Shown piece by piece: positions 1 through 10,006 of a DNA stretch of 64,000 bases; the first letter of the stretch is position 1; each line of letters starts with the position of its first letter. The DNA is from Nitrospiraceae bacterium (GTDB taxonomy: Bacteria > Nitrospirota > Nitrospiria > Nitrospirales > Nitrospiraceae). The notes beneath the pieces are model-generated. The model was not told where the DNA came from. It saw only the letters and a list, made by a program, of their open reading frames with translations, and ran no database searches. The position numbers and the translations under genes were made by a program. The stretch is taken from positions 492,811 to 556,810 of the forward strand of contig JBFWWG010000002.1 in the NCBI GenBank assembly GCA_050246315.1, given 5' to 3'.

Positions 1-990
1 ACGCGGCCGGCCCTGGGTCCGGGGTTTGCCCGTCGCCTCGGAGACCTCGTCGATGATATCCCACCGCACCGGCTCGTCGGGACTCAGTCGATTGCCGTGA
101 CCGTGCCACACCGCTCGGTCCATAGCCAAGATCGACTCCTCATCCAAGCCGAGAGGAATCGACCGGTGCTCCTCGGCTTGAGCGATGGTATCCACCGCCG
201 GCCAAACGACGGCCAACACATCCGCATATTCCGCCTCGACCCCTTCAAAATCTTTCCGGCGGGCGACCCCACATACGGCCGCGACTTCCTCGGTCGCAAG
301 ATCATCAAGCAGCCGCATCCGCCATCCGAGCGATGCGGCGGAGATCCTCGCGCTTCCGATGGCATGGCCCGTATCGTGATGGCAATAGCGAAAGGCGCGT
401 TCTCCGTATTTCCACGCCTCCCGCCAATAGACCGATGTCACGCCAACCAGAAAGGAATGCACGGGAAACGGGGCGAGCAGCCTCCTGAACACGTCCTCCG
501 GTACGTCCGCCCGTAACTCCAACCCATGCTCCTTGGGCGCATAGTGATAGAGCGCCGGATGGTCCGCCAATCCGGCCAACGGTCCGATCAGCACATAGCC
601 TTCGGTCGGATGCAGGTTGCCGCTTGACGGATTGCTCCGAAGCGCCCACCGGACCTCCCCCGCCTGTTTCCAGGCCGTGATCGAAAGCGCGTACTCAAGA
701 AAGCGCGAGAGCGAGGCAGATGTCAGCGGTTCCGGCGTCACAGCCTGATGGCGATAGAGATCGTCGTAGCAAGGCGGCGGCTCTTGGGCCTCCAACAGTG
801 GAAGCCGGAACAGGGGCGCCCCCTGGTACCGGCGAAAGGGGTCCGGTTGATTGGCCCAGTCGAGATAGCCCAATGATCGGGCATAGCGCATGAACTGATG
901 CTTGGTCTCCTCGTGGTAGCGGATCACCTGCTCGCGAGGCGTCAACCCTTCGGATCGGCGCGGCAGCCGGTTTGCAGTGGTCTTCTCCAT
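1..990 (-). CDS. SagB/ThcOx-family dehydrogenase (nitroreductase), 3' part runs off window
   Basis: Not in ORF track (no stop in window). Own translation from ATG at 990: MEKTTANRLPRRSEGLTPREQVIRYHEETKHQFMRYARSLGYLDWANQPDPFRRYQGA...ALSITAWKQAGEVRWALRSNPSSGNLHPTEGY; YHxxTKH, LDWANQP and LRxNPSSGNLHPTE are typical of this family. Confidence 0.85.
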   Translation of the reverse strand, partial: MEKTTANRLPRRSEGLTPREQVIRYHEETKHQFMRYARSLGYLDWANQPDPFRRYQGAPLFRLPLLEAQEPPPCYDDLYRHQAVTPEPLTSASLSRFLEYALSITAWKQAGEVRWALRSNPSSGNLHPTEGYVLIGPLAGLADHPALYHYAPKEHGLELRADVPEDVFRRLLAPFPVHSFLVGVTSVYWREAWKYGERAFRYCHHDTGHAIGSARISAASLGWRMRLLDDLATEEVAAVCGVARRKDFEGVEAEYADVLAVVWPAVDTIAQAEEHRSIPLGLDEESILAMDRAVWHGHGNRLSPDEPVRWDIIDEVSEATGKPRTQGRPR

Positions 991-1140
991 GGTCTTCCGA
1001 TGACTGGGAGTCTAGCCTCAGCCTTGAGGCAAAGTAAACGTATCGAGGGAAGCAGGAGCCGTCTCAGGCGATTGACCGGGAGACCTGTCGATCCGTACAC
1101 TGCGCGGAGCTATCACCCATTCCACCCCCGTTGACGGTTC

Positions 1141-1572
1141 ATGAATTTCGATCCTGCCATTGAAGCCCAACTGGCGTTTCGTCGGGCCCAAGCGGCGCAC
1201 GAGCTCGGCGCGGAATGGGATCTGGCCGAGGAACTGGAAGAGTCATTTTCCGCATCAGCCGGCGCCGAAGCCTCTCAGGCCTACCGACGCCTCGTGGGCT
1301 TGGGCGAGCGACATCAGGGAGCGTCGGCATTCCAAGAATTTCTGATCTACATCACGTGGCAGCAGGTCACGGAGGAAACCCTCGCAGAGCACTTTGAACG
1401 GGGCGCCATGCTCTGCGATCGATTTTTGAGCCGGGAGCATGACGGCGTGGGCGCCCAAACACGCTCACAGGTGGAAGCGCTGCGTCTTTCGTTTCGGGAG
1501 GGACTTGGGCTGGCCGACCACGATGAACTTGCCAACGACTATGAGCGGGACACACCAAGAGGCGGAGACTGA
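1141..1572 (+). CDS. hypothetical protein (acidic, helical)
   Basis: 143-aa ORF with protein-like composition filling the gap between flanking genes. Confidence 0.7.
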   Translation: MNFDPAIEAQLAFRRAQAAHELGAEWDLAEELEESFSASAGAEASQAYRRLVGLGERHQGASAFQEFLIYITWQQVTEETLAEHFERGAMLCDRFLSREHDGVGAQTRSQVEALRLSFREGLGLADHDELANDYERDTPRGGD

Positions 1573-1644
1573 TTACCCATCACCCGGTTTTCGTGATTCG
1601 GCACGCGACCAGATGCCTGCAAGGGACTCGGTAGCTTCCAGAGA

Positions 1645-2298
1645 TCACCGCCCAAGCGGAGAAGGCCGTCCCTTGTCCAGGCTCGGCTTCTTCGTCTCGC
1701 CTGCAGGCTGATCGGCAAGACGTCGGAAGGTCTTCTTGACCGAGGGATCGTCCTCACGCTCGGCCGCCTGTCTCACCATCGCCATGGCTCCTTGGTCCTT
1801 CGTGGCCGCCAAGGCTCTTCCGGCAGCCTCACGAATCAGCGGGTCATCGGACGACAGGTAGGGAGCCAGGGCAGACACCGCCTTCTGTCCCGATACCGTT
1901 CCATGCGAATGCAGGGCCGATCGCAACAGAACCGGGTTAAGGCTCTTTTGACGAACCATCCCTTCCAGGAAGGCAGCCACGCGCGGATCATCAGGATAAT
2001 ATCTGAGCAGCGAGAGTGCCCGACTCCGCAGCAATGGATCCTCCTCGGCATTCTGCGCGACCTCCATGAGCAGCGGCGGGACACCGCTCCCCATGTCGGA
2101 GAGAGCCTTCGGCGTCACCGTCACCTCTTCGGCAGAGAGAAGCGCACGCAGGGCTGCTCTCGTATCAGGCTCGGCTTGAGCGATGTCGCGACAACCGGTG
2201 ACGGTCACGATACAGAACAGCGCGAGGAAAAGCCCGATCCCAACCCGCCCCATGGGGACGTCCACCTGTTCCGGTTCCGGTTTCAGTCTGTCCGCCAT
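1645..2298 (-). CDS. HEAT-repeat lipoprotein
   Basis: Hydrophobic stretch ending VTGC; HEAT-like repeats (DPLLRSRALSLL, DPLIREAAGRALA); start set at ATG 2298 (2253 also possible) to avoid overlap with the upstream gene. Confidence 0.7.
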   Translation of the reverse strand: MADRLKPEPEQVDVPMGRVGIGLFLALFCIVTVTGCRDIAQAEPDTRAALRALLSAEEVTVTPKALSDMGSGVPPLLMEVAQNAEEDPLLRSRALSLLRYYPDDPRVAAFLEGMVRQKSLNPVLLRSALHSHGTVSGQKAVSALAPYLSSDDPLIREAAGRALAATKDQGAMAMVRQAAEREDDPSVKKTFRRLADQPAGETKKPSLDKGRPSPLGR

Positions 2299-2324
2299 CG
2301 ATGCAAACTCCTGTCCGCTTCTCG

Positions 2325-3626
2325 TCACTGAACCAACGGATTTCGTTGGAGCACAAAGACCTGCCCCGCCGTCATTTGATCCCTGACCTGCGGAGGGGAC
2401 GGCTGGGTCCAGAACATCAAGTTGAGCCCGTCTGCCGTAAGACACTCATCGGCCGTCACTTGACCATCGCGATTCAGGTCAAATGAAGTGGGACACTCGG
2501 GTGTATCGGGAATGGGATCGACGTTAAGCGCGGCAAACGGGATGGGAGATCCGCCGCACGTGGGAGCATCCGACCCGCACTGTTCGGTTGTATGAAACAG
2601 GCCGAGGTAGTGGCCGACCTCATGCGCCATCGTCCTCCCACGTCTCAACAGCGCTTCGTTTGACAACAGTCCGATGCGGTTGGACGCAATCGTCACCGCG
2701 ACTCCGGACTGTACGGTACCGACGATCGGGCCCGGTCCTGGAATCCCGCCGGCGATCCCGGCGATGAAGGTTGTGGCATCGCCGTCGTCGTCGTCGATCT
2801 GCTGGACAAAAAAGATGCTGAGACCTCTGGTGGCGACGACCCCGCTTTGGCTGAACAGGTCTTCCAATTCATCCGACACCCCATTGTTGTTGGCGTCCAC
2901 AACGTCGATCACGGCCAACCTCGCCTGGTCCGATGCCGGGCAATCATAGGTTCCCGCCACCTGGGCTTGGATTCCCGCTTGCGACAGGATTCGCGAGAAC
3001 TCCTGGAGGAGAACCCCGAACGAGGGGTTGGTCATCGCGTTCCCGGCGTTGAGATCGCTTAGGCCGCAAAAATGCAGGTTAACGGTCATCGAGCCGGATG
3101 AAAAATTTTGGCGCCGGTTCAACAGGGCATACACCTTGGCACTCTGTGTCGAGGCGCTGAAATTGAGGACCGAAAACTGATAGGTCCCGAGCGGGACGGC
3201 ATAGGTCGTGCTGTGGGGAAAGAGGCCGGCTGCAACCGATTGTCCAGAGGCCTGGAGCGTCGTCCGTCCAATGGGGTCGAGATCACTATACGAAGCGGTG
3301 ATCCACGTGGCGCCGAGCGGATTGATGATCGGCGCGATATCGATATCGGGAGCGCGCCCCCCATCGGCCACCAACATGAACGTGGAAGAATCCACAGGGA
3401 CTTGGAAGGCCACACTCGTATTGGCCGGAAGCGTGGCAGTGCCGAGGTCGCGAATCTCAGTTTGTCCAAAGAACGTGCTCACGCCTCCACCGCTGACACT
3501 TGGAGCGGGAGTGCCTCCGTCGCCGTTCCCGTCACATCCGGCGACGGCACAGAGAATCGAGAGCAACAGGATCGGCCCACCATGGAGACGACGCCATCTT
3601 GGTCGAGCAGCCTCCTGAGCCACCAT
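2325..3626 (-). CDS. secreted zinc metalloprotease lipoprotein (metzincin, M43/pappalysin-like)
   Basis: Lipobox-like VAGC; HEVGHYLGLFH zinc motif; NLM Met-turn; DANNNG and DLNRDG Ca-binding-like motifs; start uncertain. Confidence 0.8.
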   Translation of the reverse strand: MVAQEAARPRWRRLHGGPILLLSILCAVAGCDGNGDGGTPAPSVSGGGVSTFFGQTEIRDLGTATLPANTSVAFQVPVDSSTFMLVADGGRAPDIDIAPIINPLGATWITASYSDLDPIGRTTLQASGQSVAAGLFPHSTTYAVPLGTYQFSVLNFSASTQSAKVYALLNRRQNFSSGSMTVNLHFCGLSDLNAGNAMTNPSFGVLLQEFSRILSQAGIQAQVAGTYDCPASDQARLAVIDVVDANNNGVSDELEDLFSQSGVVATRGLSIFFVQQIDDDDGDATTFIAGIAGGIPGPGPIVGTVQSGVAVTIASNRIGLLSNEALLRRGRTMAHEVGHYLGLFHTTEQCGSDAPTCGGSPIPFAALNVDPIPDTPECPTSFDLNRDGQVTADECLTADGLNLMFWTQPSPPQVRDQMTAGQVFVLQRNPLVQ

Positions 3627-3762
3627 GAGGCACACGATACCACGCCGAGGGGGTGAAACAATATGGACCCGTTGATCGCTGGCCGCCTTCGTAGAGGGAC
3701 ACCGGTCTCGTGCGGGGTCGAACCCGTAGATTCCGCGAGAGGTCCTGAGTATCCTGGACGGT

Positions 3763-4539
3763 ATGCACACCGACGCCGCTCAGAGGGCTCGCATCTATTT
3801 CCATCGAGGCGATCTCGATCAGGCCCGCCACTGGTACGAACAGGCCGTCCAGGGCGCGCGAACCGAAGGTGACGAGGCCGCACTGGCCGACAGTTTAGGT
3901 AACCTCGGCAACGTGTACGCGCTCTGCGGACAATCTGAAGAAGCTGAAGGCTGCTACCGGGAATTGTTGGCCATTCAGCGTGAGCGTCGAGACCCTCTCG
4001 CGATTGGTCAAACTCTGGTCAACCTAGGAAACCTGCAGAAGGACGCCGGACGACTCGGACCGGCGCGGGCCCACTATATGGAGGCCTTGGACCTCCTGCT
4101 CCGCATCGAAGACGATCGGTCGCTCGGACTCCTCTACGCCAATCTGGCACTCCTGGACGCGGCCGAGCAACAATCGGCCAAGGCGGTGGAATCCTTCACC
4201 CGGGCGCTGGAGTATCACCGCAAGGTCGGGGACGAAGCCGGGCTGGCGACCACCTACAGCCAACTCGGCAGGACCTTTTTCGACATGGGCGAGTTCCGCC
4301 GCGCCGAGCGTTGCTTGAACAACGCGTCCGAACACTTTATCAAGCTCGGTGACGAGCCGGGTGAGGCGGCAGTACTGAGGGTGCTGGCAGAGTTGTATCT
4401 CCAAACCGCACAATCGATCGGGGCCCGGCGTTGTCTTGAACGGGTTGTGCTCATCGGCCGCCGCTATCGCCTCCCCACCCTGGACAGCGACCGCACAAAA
4501 CTTGCCTCACTCCTCACCACGCCACAGCGTCCGGCCTGA
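3763..4539 (+). CDS. tetratricopeptide repeat protein
   Basis: Repeated LGNLGNVY / LVNLGNL / YSQLGR TPR helices. Confidence 0.85.
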   Translation: MHTDAAQRARIYFHRGDLDQARHWYEQAVQGARTEGDEAALADSLGNLGNVYALCGQSEEAEGCYRELLAIQRERRDPLAIGQTLVNLGNLQKDAGRLGPARAHYMEALDLLLRIEDDRSLGLLYANLALLDAAEQQSAKAVESFTRALEYHRKVGDEAGLATTYSQLGRTFFDMGEFRRAERCLNNASEHFIKLGDEPGEAAVLRVLAELYLQTAQSIGARRCLERVVLIGRRYRLPTLDSDRTKLASLLTTPQRPA

Positions 4540-4710
4540 GCAGTCCGACCAAATCTCGCACGTCTCCTTCCCTCTGCCTATCCCATCGGCATCGTCAAGA
4601 AATTGACGGACGTACGTCGTGCGCTTTCCTGGACAGGTGCGAATCATTTGCTACAGTTGTTGCAGAGTCGTCACACCTGACTGTTCAACCCCTCGACAGG
4701 CATTCATTCA

Positions 4711-5325
4711 ATGCACTGGTTGGTGGCCGCGGTTTTGTTGTTTGTTTGGAGCGGAAGCCACTCGCTCTTGCCGGCCGGCGCGGAACATTCCATCGAAGGA
4801 CCGGGTTTCCCTATGGGCACGCAGGAGGTCAGCCTGACCGCCGGATACCTGATCTCCGAGCGGCTGGCCGATGCCTGGACAACAAAACAGTCCGGACCGG
4901 CCGTGATGCCCTCCTGGACCATCACCATCACCGATCCGGTCGGAAAAAGTTGGTACCGAGGGCAGTTCTCGATCGGAGCGGAGGTGGTCTATATCGAATT
5001 TCGTGAGCCGACAGTTTCGCACGGAGTCGGCTTCACCCCAAAACTCAAATGGACCTGGCTCTTCTCCGAGCGCTTTCGGCCCTACTTCGAATTCGCCGGC
5101 GGGCCCTTTTGGACGGATCTGACGAATCAAGTTCGCATTAAAGAATCAGATTCGGAGTTCAATTTCATTGTCACGGCCGGACTCGGTCTCGCCTGGTTTA
5201 TCACGAAACAAACCGCCTTCAATGTCGGCTACCGCTTCCACCACATTTCCAACGCAGGAACCAATACGCCGAACATGGGTCTCAACGCCAGTCTGCCGTT
5301 CGTGGGATTTTCGTTTAACTACTGA
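4711..5325 (+). CDS. acyloxyacyl hydrolase / lipid A 3-O-deacylase (PagL-like) outer-membrane protein
   Basis: Signal peptide, GYRFHHISNAG...NMGLN catalytic motif, C-terminal aromatic beta-strand. Confidence 0.8.
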   Translation: MHWLVAAVLLFVWSGSHSLLPAGAEHSIEGPGFPMGTQEVSLTAGYLISERLADAWTTKQSGPAVMPSWTITITDPVGKSWYRGQFSIGAEVVYIEFREPTVSHGVGFTPKLKWTWLFSERFRPYFEFAGGPFWTDLTNQVRIKESDSEFNFIVTAGLGLAWFITKQTAFNVGYRFHHISNAGTNTPNMGLNASLPFVGFSFNY

Positions 5326-5348
5326 ACCTCGCACCTGGGAGCGCACTC

Positions 5349-6107
5349 GTGACACACTCCTTACATCCTCGTCGCGCTCGCATGATCATGACCTTGCTCA
5401 TGCTTCTGGCCGTCACCTTCACCGGTTGCAGCCGCTGGATGCAGATCAACGGCGCCGCGCCGACTGACCTCCCTCCGGCAGCCCACACGGCCGGGGAGCC
5501 GGGGTCGATCCCTGCCGTCATCACCGGCATCGTGGTGACTCAGAACGGCACGCGCCAGGCCGCCACGCCTGATCTGGAACGCCGGGTGCTGGACCGCCTG
5601 GCAAAGACGGAATTGTTCGGCCGACTGTTGTATCCGGCGTACGCCGAGGACGCGCCCTCCCGCGAGCATGTTCGGGCCACCTTGACCGTGGAGGCACACA
5701 GCGATCCCCATGCGGGCGGAGCGGCCTTCAAGGGAATCGTGATCGGAGCCTCAATGTTTCTCCTGACTCCCCTGCTTCCCCTGGAATACGACTACGGGAC
5801 CCTGATGACATTGGAACTCGCACGGCCCGACGGGACGTCGCATCTCTACCAGGCCCAGGCCCAGGGGACCGCCTACTATCACCTGTTCGGCGCCACACCA
5901 TTGGCGATCGAAGAGTTGCGAGACGAGGTCATCGAACACTGCCTCGTTCAACTGCAGCGGGAGCTGGTCAAGGACCGAGAGTTCGTGCAGGCCGCCTATG
6001 TGGCCAAGCGCCAGACTGAATCGACCGGCGCGCCGGTCGTTCAAACGGGCACACCGATCCTGAAGGCGAAACCGACCCTGTCGATCATTCGGCAGACTGG
6101 ACGGTAG
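5349..6107 (+). CDS. putative lipoprotein
   Basis: Signal peptide with FTGC lipobox; 252-aa ORF. Confidence 0.7.
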   Translation: MTHSLHPRRARMIMTLLMLLAVTFTGCSRWMQINGAAPTDLPPAAHTAGEPGSIPAVITGIVVTQNGTRQAATPDLERRVLDRLAKTELFGRLLYPAYAEDAPSREHVRATLTVEAHSDPHAGGAAFKGIVIGASMFLLTPLLPLEYDYGTLMTLELARPDGTSHLYQAQAQGTAYYHLFGATPLAIEELRDEVIEHCLVQLQRELVKDREFVQAAYVAKRQTESTGAPVVQTGTPILKAKPTLSIIRQTGR

Positions 6108-6163
6108 CTTGGATGAACCTGACATGTTATGATTCCGCCGGTGACTCGAAGCGGGGACCCGAC

Positions 6164-6364
6164 ATGACGGATGAGCAAGCGAGACAACGGATTGAAGCCG
6201 CCATCGCCCAATTCGGCCCCCGCGCCGCCATCGCGATTGAGCTCGTCATCAACGAAGTCCGGTCGGATCAGGGGCACGAGGCCGCCAATCAACTGATCGA
6301 TGAATTCGATCTCGAACTGCTATACAACATTACGCCCTACGAATCCGGATTTTCGAACGTCTAA
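6164..6364 (+). CDS. small hypothetical protein
   Basis: MTDEQARQRIEAAIAQFG... protein-like; start 6164 or 6113. Confidence 0.6.
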   Translation: MTDEQARQRIEAAIAQFGPRAAIAIELVINEVRSDQGHEAANQLIDEFDLELLYNITPYESGFSNV

Positions 6365-6398
6365 TCCATTCTCCTCACCTCCATCCAGGTCACGACGG

Positions 6399-7490
6399 TT
6401 GCCTCTCATCTGGTGCAGCATTTCCGGTCACGGGTTCGGCCACGCGGCCCAAGTCACCCCGGTTCTGAATGAGCTGGGCGTCAGGCTCCCGAATTTACGG
6501 GTCATCCTTCGCACGACGGTCCCGGCCTCTTTCTTCGAAGCCCGTTTGACCATCCCCTGGAACCTGAGCCCGGCTCGACAGGACATCGGCTGTGTTCAGC
6601 ATGGTCCGCTGGTGATCGACATCGACGCGACCTGGAAGGCCCATGCGGAATTGCACCAGGACTGGGAGCACTTGGTCGAACGGGAACGGCGGGAAATGGC
6701 TTCAGTCCAGCCGGATCTCGTGCTCTCCGATATTTCGCACTTGAGCATCGACGCCGCAGCCAGGTCCGGCCTTCGCTCGATTGCACTCTGCTCGCTCTCC
6801 TGGGATGCCATTCTCAAGGGGTATCTGTCCTCCGGCTCTCCTGCCGCAGCCGAACACCATGCAACCATCGCACACATCCGCCGCTGCTACGAAGCGGCCT
6901 CGACCCTGATCCGACCCACGCCCGGGATGGACCTGCCGGCGTTCAAGCAGATTGTCGATGTCGGGCCGATCATCGAAACGATCACGCCGGAATCAGCCAG
7001 ACTCCGGGACGCGATCGGGTCCAACCCGGACGAACGGCTCGTTCTGGTGGGGTTCGGTGGCATCAGCCTGACGTCCCTGCCCTACGAACAGATGGAGCGG
7101 ATGATCGGCTATCGGTTCCTCATCGACGGCCGGCCTCCTCATTCGTTTCAACGTCTTCACTCGGCGTTGGACCTCGGCATGAAATTCATGACGGTGCTGG
7201 CCTCTGTTGACCTCGTCATCACCAAGCCCGGCTACAGCACCATCGTCGAGGCGGTCGATAAGCGCAAGCCGGTGGTCTATGTCCGCCGGCACCACTTCGG
7301 AGATGAGGCCTCCCTGGTCGAATATCTCCACCGGTACGGTCGCGGTGCCGAGCTCAGCCTTGACGATTTTTCATCCGGAAGGTGGGAATCCGCCCTCAAC
7401 ACAGCCTGGCAGGCACCCCATCCGAGCGATCCGCCTCCGCCTTCCGGCGTGGCGCAAGCCGCAGCTCTGCTGGCCGACTCTCTCTCGTGA
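6399..7490 (+). CDS. GT-B fold glycosyltransferase-like protein
   Basis: N-terminal ISGHGFGHA motif and C-terminal DLVITKPGYSTIVEA nucleotide-sugar motif; probable TTG start 6399. Confidence 0.75.
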   Translation: MPLIWCSISGHGFGHAAQVTPVLNELGVRLPNLRVILRTTVPASFFEARLTIPWNLSPARQDIGCVQHGPLVIDIDATWKAHAELHQDWEHLVERERREMASVQPDLVLSDISHLSIDAAARSGLRSIALCSLSWDAILKGYLSSGSPAAAEHHATIAHIRRCYEAASTLIRPTPGMDLPAFKQIVDVGPIIETITPESARLRDAIGSNPDERLVLVGFGGISLTSLPYEQMERMIGYRFLIDGRPPHSFQRLHSALDLGMKFMTVLASVDLVITKPGYSTIVEAVDKRKPVVYVRRHHFGDEASLVEYLHRYGRGAELSLDDFSSGRWESALNTAWQAPHPSDPPPPSGVAQAAALLADSLS

Positions 7491-7509
7491 CCATCGGTCA
7501 TCCTTCCGC

Positions 7510-7538
7510 TTGACAAGCCCTTGGCCGGTCGATAAGGT
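7510..7538 (+). promoter_or_regulatory. sigma70-type promoter of the lasso operon
   Basis: TTGACA (7510-7515), 17-bp spacer, TAAGGT (7533-7538), 45 bp before the RRE gene. Confidence 0.55.
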
Positions 7539-7583
7539 GCCCCGAGCCGGCATTCCTCTTCACTCCCGTCAGTCGACGAGATC

Positions 7584-7871
7584 ATGCGCTATCGCATTCC
7601 CGAAGATGTGGTCTCCCGCGAAGTCGGCGGAGAGGCAATTCTGTTGAACCTCGCAACCGGTACCTACTTCGGGCTCGACGGGATCGGCACCGAAATCTGG
7701 ACGGTCCTCGCCCGCGAGGGCACCGCCGAAGCGGTGACCAGTTCCCTACTCGCCGACTATGACGTGGAGGAACCGCGCCTCCGTCGCGATATCGATCAGT
7801 TCATCCAACAGCTCGTGCACAAGGGCCTCCTGGCGGCCGAGCCGATCCACGTGGGCCGTGACGGCCCATAA
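7584..7871 (+). CDS. PqqD-family RiPP recognition element (lasso B1/E protein)
   Basis: VVSREVGGEAILLNLATGTYFGLDGIGTEIW...LLADYDVE...DIDQFIQQLVHKGLL is the canonical PqqD pattern. Confidence 0.92.
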   Translation: MRYRIPEDVVSREVGGEAILLNLATGTYFGLDGIGTEIWTVLAREGTAEAVTSSLLADYDVEEPRLRRDIDQFIQQLVHKGLLAAEPIHVGRDGP

Positions 7872-8008
7872 CAAGGACAGTGTGACATCCGTTGGATCTT
7901 GGCCGTCGGAAGGCCACACCCGCGTCATTCGTCAATCGTGAGATTGCCTGATCCAGACGGCGGTTGACGATCGACCTCCTTTCACGATGGGCACCTTGCC
8001 TCTTTGTC

Positions 8009-10006
8009 ATGAGCGGAATCATCGGAACTCTCAATCTTGATGGCGCGCCGGCGGACCGATCGTTGCTGGCCCGCATGGCGAACCGGCTGGCTCACCGGGG
8101 ACCGGACGGATCGGACACCTGGGTCAGCGGCCCGCTGGGCATGGGCCATCTCATGTTACACAGCACGCCCGAATCGCTTGCCGAAAGACAGCCGCTCTCC
8201 GACTCATCTCAGACTCTCTCTGTGACGCTCGACGGTCGGATCGACAACCGCAATGAACTGTGCAGGCTCTTGGCCGACCGGTCCAAATTCGATACTCCTC
8301 TGTCCGACGCCCAACTCCTCCTCCTGGCCTATGAGCGCTGGGGAACGGCCTGTCCGGAACGGATCATCGGCGACTTCGCCTTCGCCCTCTGGGACCGCCG
8401 TGAACGGCAGTTGTTCTTCGCGCGCGACGTCCTCGGAACCAAGCCGTTCTTCTATACTCGTCACCGACACCGCTTGCTGTGGGCGTCGGAACCACGGGCC
8501 TTACTCGAAGATCCTGACGTGAGGACGGCGCCGGATGAAGGCATGATCGGCGAATACCTTGCGGTTGCGATCACCAACAACCGGGATACGCTCTTCCAGG
8601 AGATCAAGCGTCTACCCCCCGCCCATTGCCTCACCGTTCAGACAGACCGGCCCGAGGAACCGATCCGCATCTGGCAATACTGGGCTCCCGATCCTCGCCG
8701 CCGGATCTGCTATCGGAGTGACGGGGATTATGCCGCACACTTTCTGGATCTGTTTAGAGAGGCGGTGCGCTGTTCGCTCAGAAGCCACCGGCCCGTCAGG
8801 GCCGAACTCAGCGGCGGGCTCGATTCCTCCTCGATCGTGGCGGTCGCCTGCTCGCTGATCCGAGACGGTTCCATCACGAGCCAAGGATTCGAAACCCTGT
8901 CCCTGACCTTTCCAAGCAAAGCCTGCGACGAAACCTCGTATATTCTGGACATGATGCACCAGTGGCGTCTGCGCGGAACGCTGGAAGTGGTGCCCGACTC
9001 CGACCCGCATGATTATCCCGCACTGGTCCGCGAAGACCTGGACCTGCCGGACTATCCGAACGGCATGATGTCGATGGGTCTCCTCGCCAAGGCTCGCGAT
9101 AAAGGGGCAGTCGTCGTTCTCAATGGGGCCGGCGGCGATGAATGGCTGGGAGGCAGCTACTACCATTACGCCGACCTTGTGCGTGCCGGCCGCCTGTTCA
9201 GCCTTATGCGACGCCTGTGGGACGACCGGCGGGCTCTCAGCGTCGCCTTTCCCCCTTGTTCGATCCTTCGTCTAGGCATCTGGCCGAACCTGCCTCGTTG
9301 GCTCCGGGTCTCGCTCCGCCGCATGATCGGGAGGCGGGGTCTCCCCCGATGGATTTTGCCGGACTTCGCCCGTCGAATCGACCTGCTCGATCGGCTCGGC
9401 ATTGAGCCCGGTCCACGCCGCGGCCGCTCCTTCGCCCAGGAGGATCTGTATCGTACCCTGTGGAGCGGGTGGCAGGCGCAAGGGAACGAGGCCGGTGATC
9501 GAGCGTTGGCGCGCTGCGGCATCGAACAACGGTCGCCATTCAACGACCGCCGGATCATCGAGTTCGCCTTTGCGATTCCGGAGGAGCAACGATGGCGTCA
9601 CGGCAAGCCTAAGTTTCTCTTGCGCCAAGCCATGAACGGGCTCTTGCCGGAATCGGTGAGGAACCGAAACACCAAGGCCGATTTCTCCCACATCTTTCTT
9701 CAGGCGCTGAGAAGTCAGGGCGGCGCACGCCTATTCGAGTCCTTGCAAACGGAGCAACTCGGTTGGATCAACGGCGAGGAGATCCGCCGCATGTATCGTC
9801 GCATGGAGAACGACTACCGAATCGGCAATCAGCGGTATGCCAGCTCAACCTGGCCGCTCTGGATGGTCTATGGCATCGAACTGTGGCTCCGTGCGTTGAC
9901 CGAGCCGGAAGGAGTGCAATTCCATGAGGGAAGAGGACGATCCTCCGAAGAGGCAGGGGACGGTCAGGAGAACTTACAAGCCGCCTACCTTGGTGGAGTA
10001 CGGTAA
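8009..10006 (+). CDS. lasso peptide cyclase (asparagine synthetase-like, C protein)
   Basis: Begins MSGIIG (Ser where AsnB has catalytic Cys), HRGPDG, GDFAF, PP-loop SGGLDSS, GxGGDE; lies between RRE and precursor. Confidence 0.88.
   Translation: MSGIIGTLNLDGAPADRSLLARMANRLAHRGPDGSDTWVSGPLGMGHLMLHSTPESLAERQPLSDSSQTLSVTLDGRIDNRNELCRLLADRSKFDTPLSDAQLLLLAYERWGTACPERIIGDFAFALWDRRERQLFFARDVLGTKPFFYTRHRHRLLWASEPRALLEDPDVRTAPDEGMIGEYLAVAITNNRDTLFQEIKRLPPAHCLTVQTDRPEEPIRIWQYWAPDPRRRICYRSDGDYAAHFLDLFREAVRCSLRSHRPVRAELSGGLDSSSIVAVACSLIRDGSITSQGFETLSLTFPSKACDETSYILDMMHQWRLRGTLEVVPDSDPHDYPALVREDLDLPDYPNGMMSMGLLAKARDKGAVVVLNGAGGDEWLGGSYYHYADLVRAGRLFSLMRRLWDDRRALSVAFPPCSILRLGIWPNLPRWLRVSLRRMIGRRGLPRWILPDFARRIDLLDRLGIEPGPRRGRSFAQEDLYRTLWSGWQAQGNEAGDRALARCGIEQRSPFNDRRIIEFAFAIPEEQRWRHGKPKFLLRQAMNGLLPESVRNRNTKADFSHIFLQALRSQGGARLFESLQTEQLGWINGEEIRRMYRRMENDYRIGNQRYASSTWPLWMVYGIELWLRALTEPEGVQFHEGRGRSSEEAGDGQENLQAAYLGGVR

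Noticed and set aside
1..990. SagB-type dehydrogenase as an azole-RiPP tailoring enzyme
   Set aside because: No YcaO or cyclodehydratase in the window; stand-alone members are common
6399..7490. Glycosyltransferase as part of the lasso cluster
   Set aside because: A promoter-like motif separates it from the RRE gene; adjacency alone is insufficient, though not excluded
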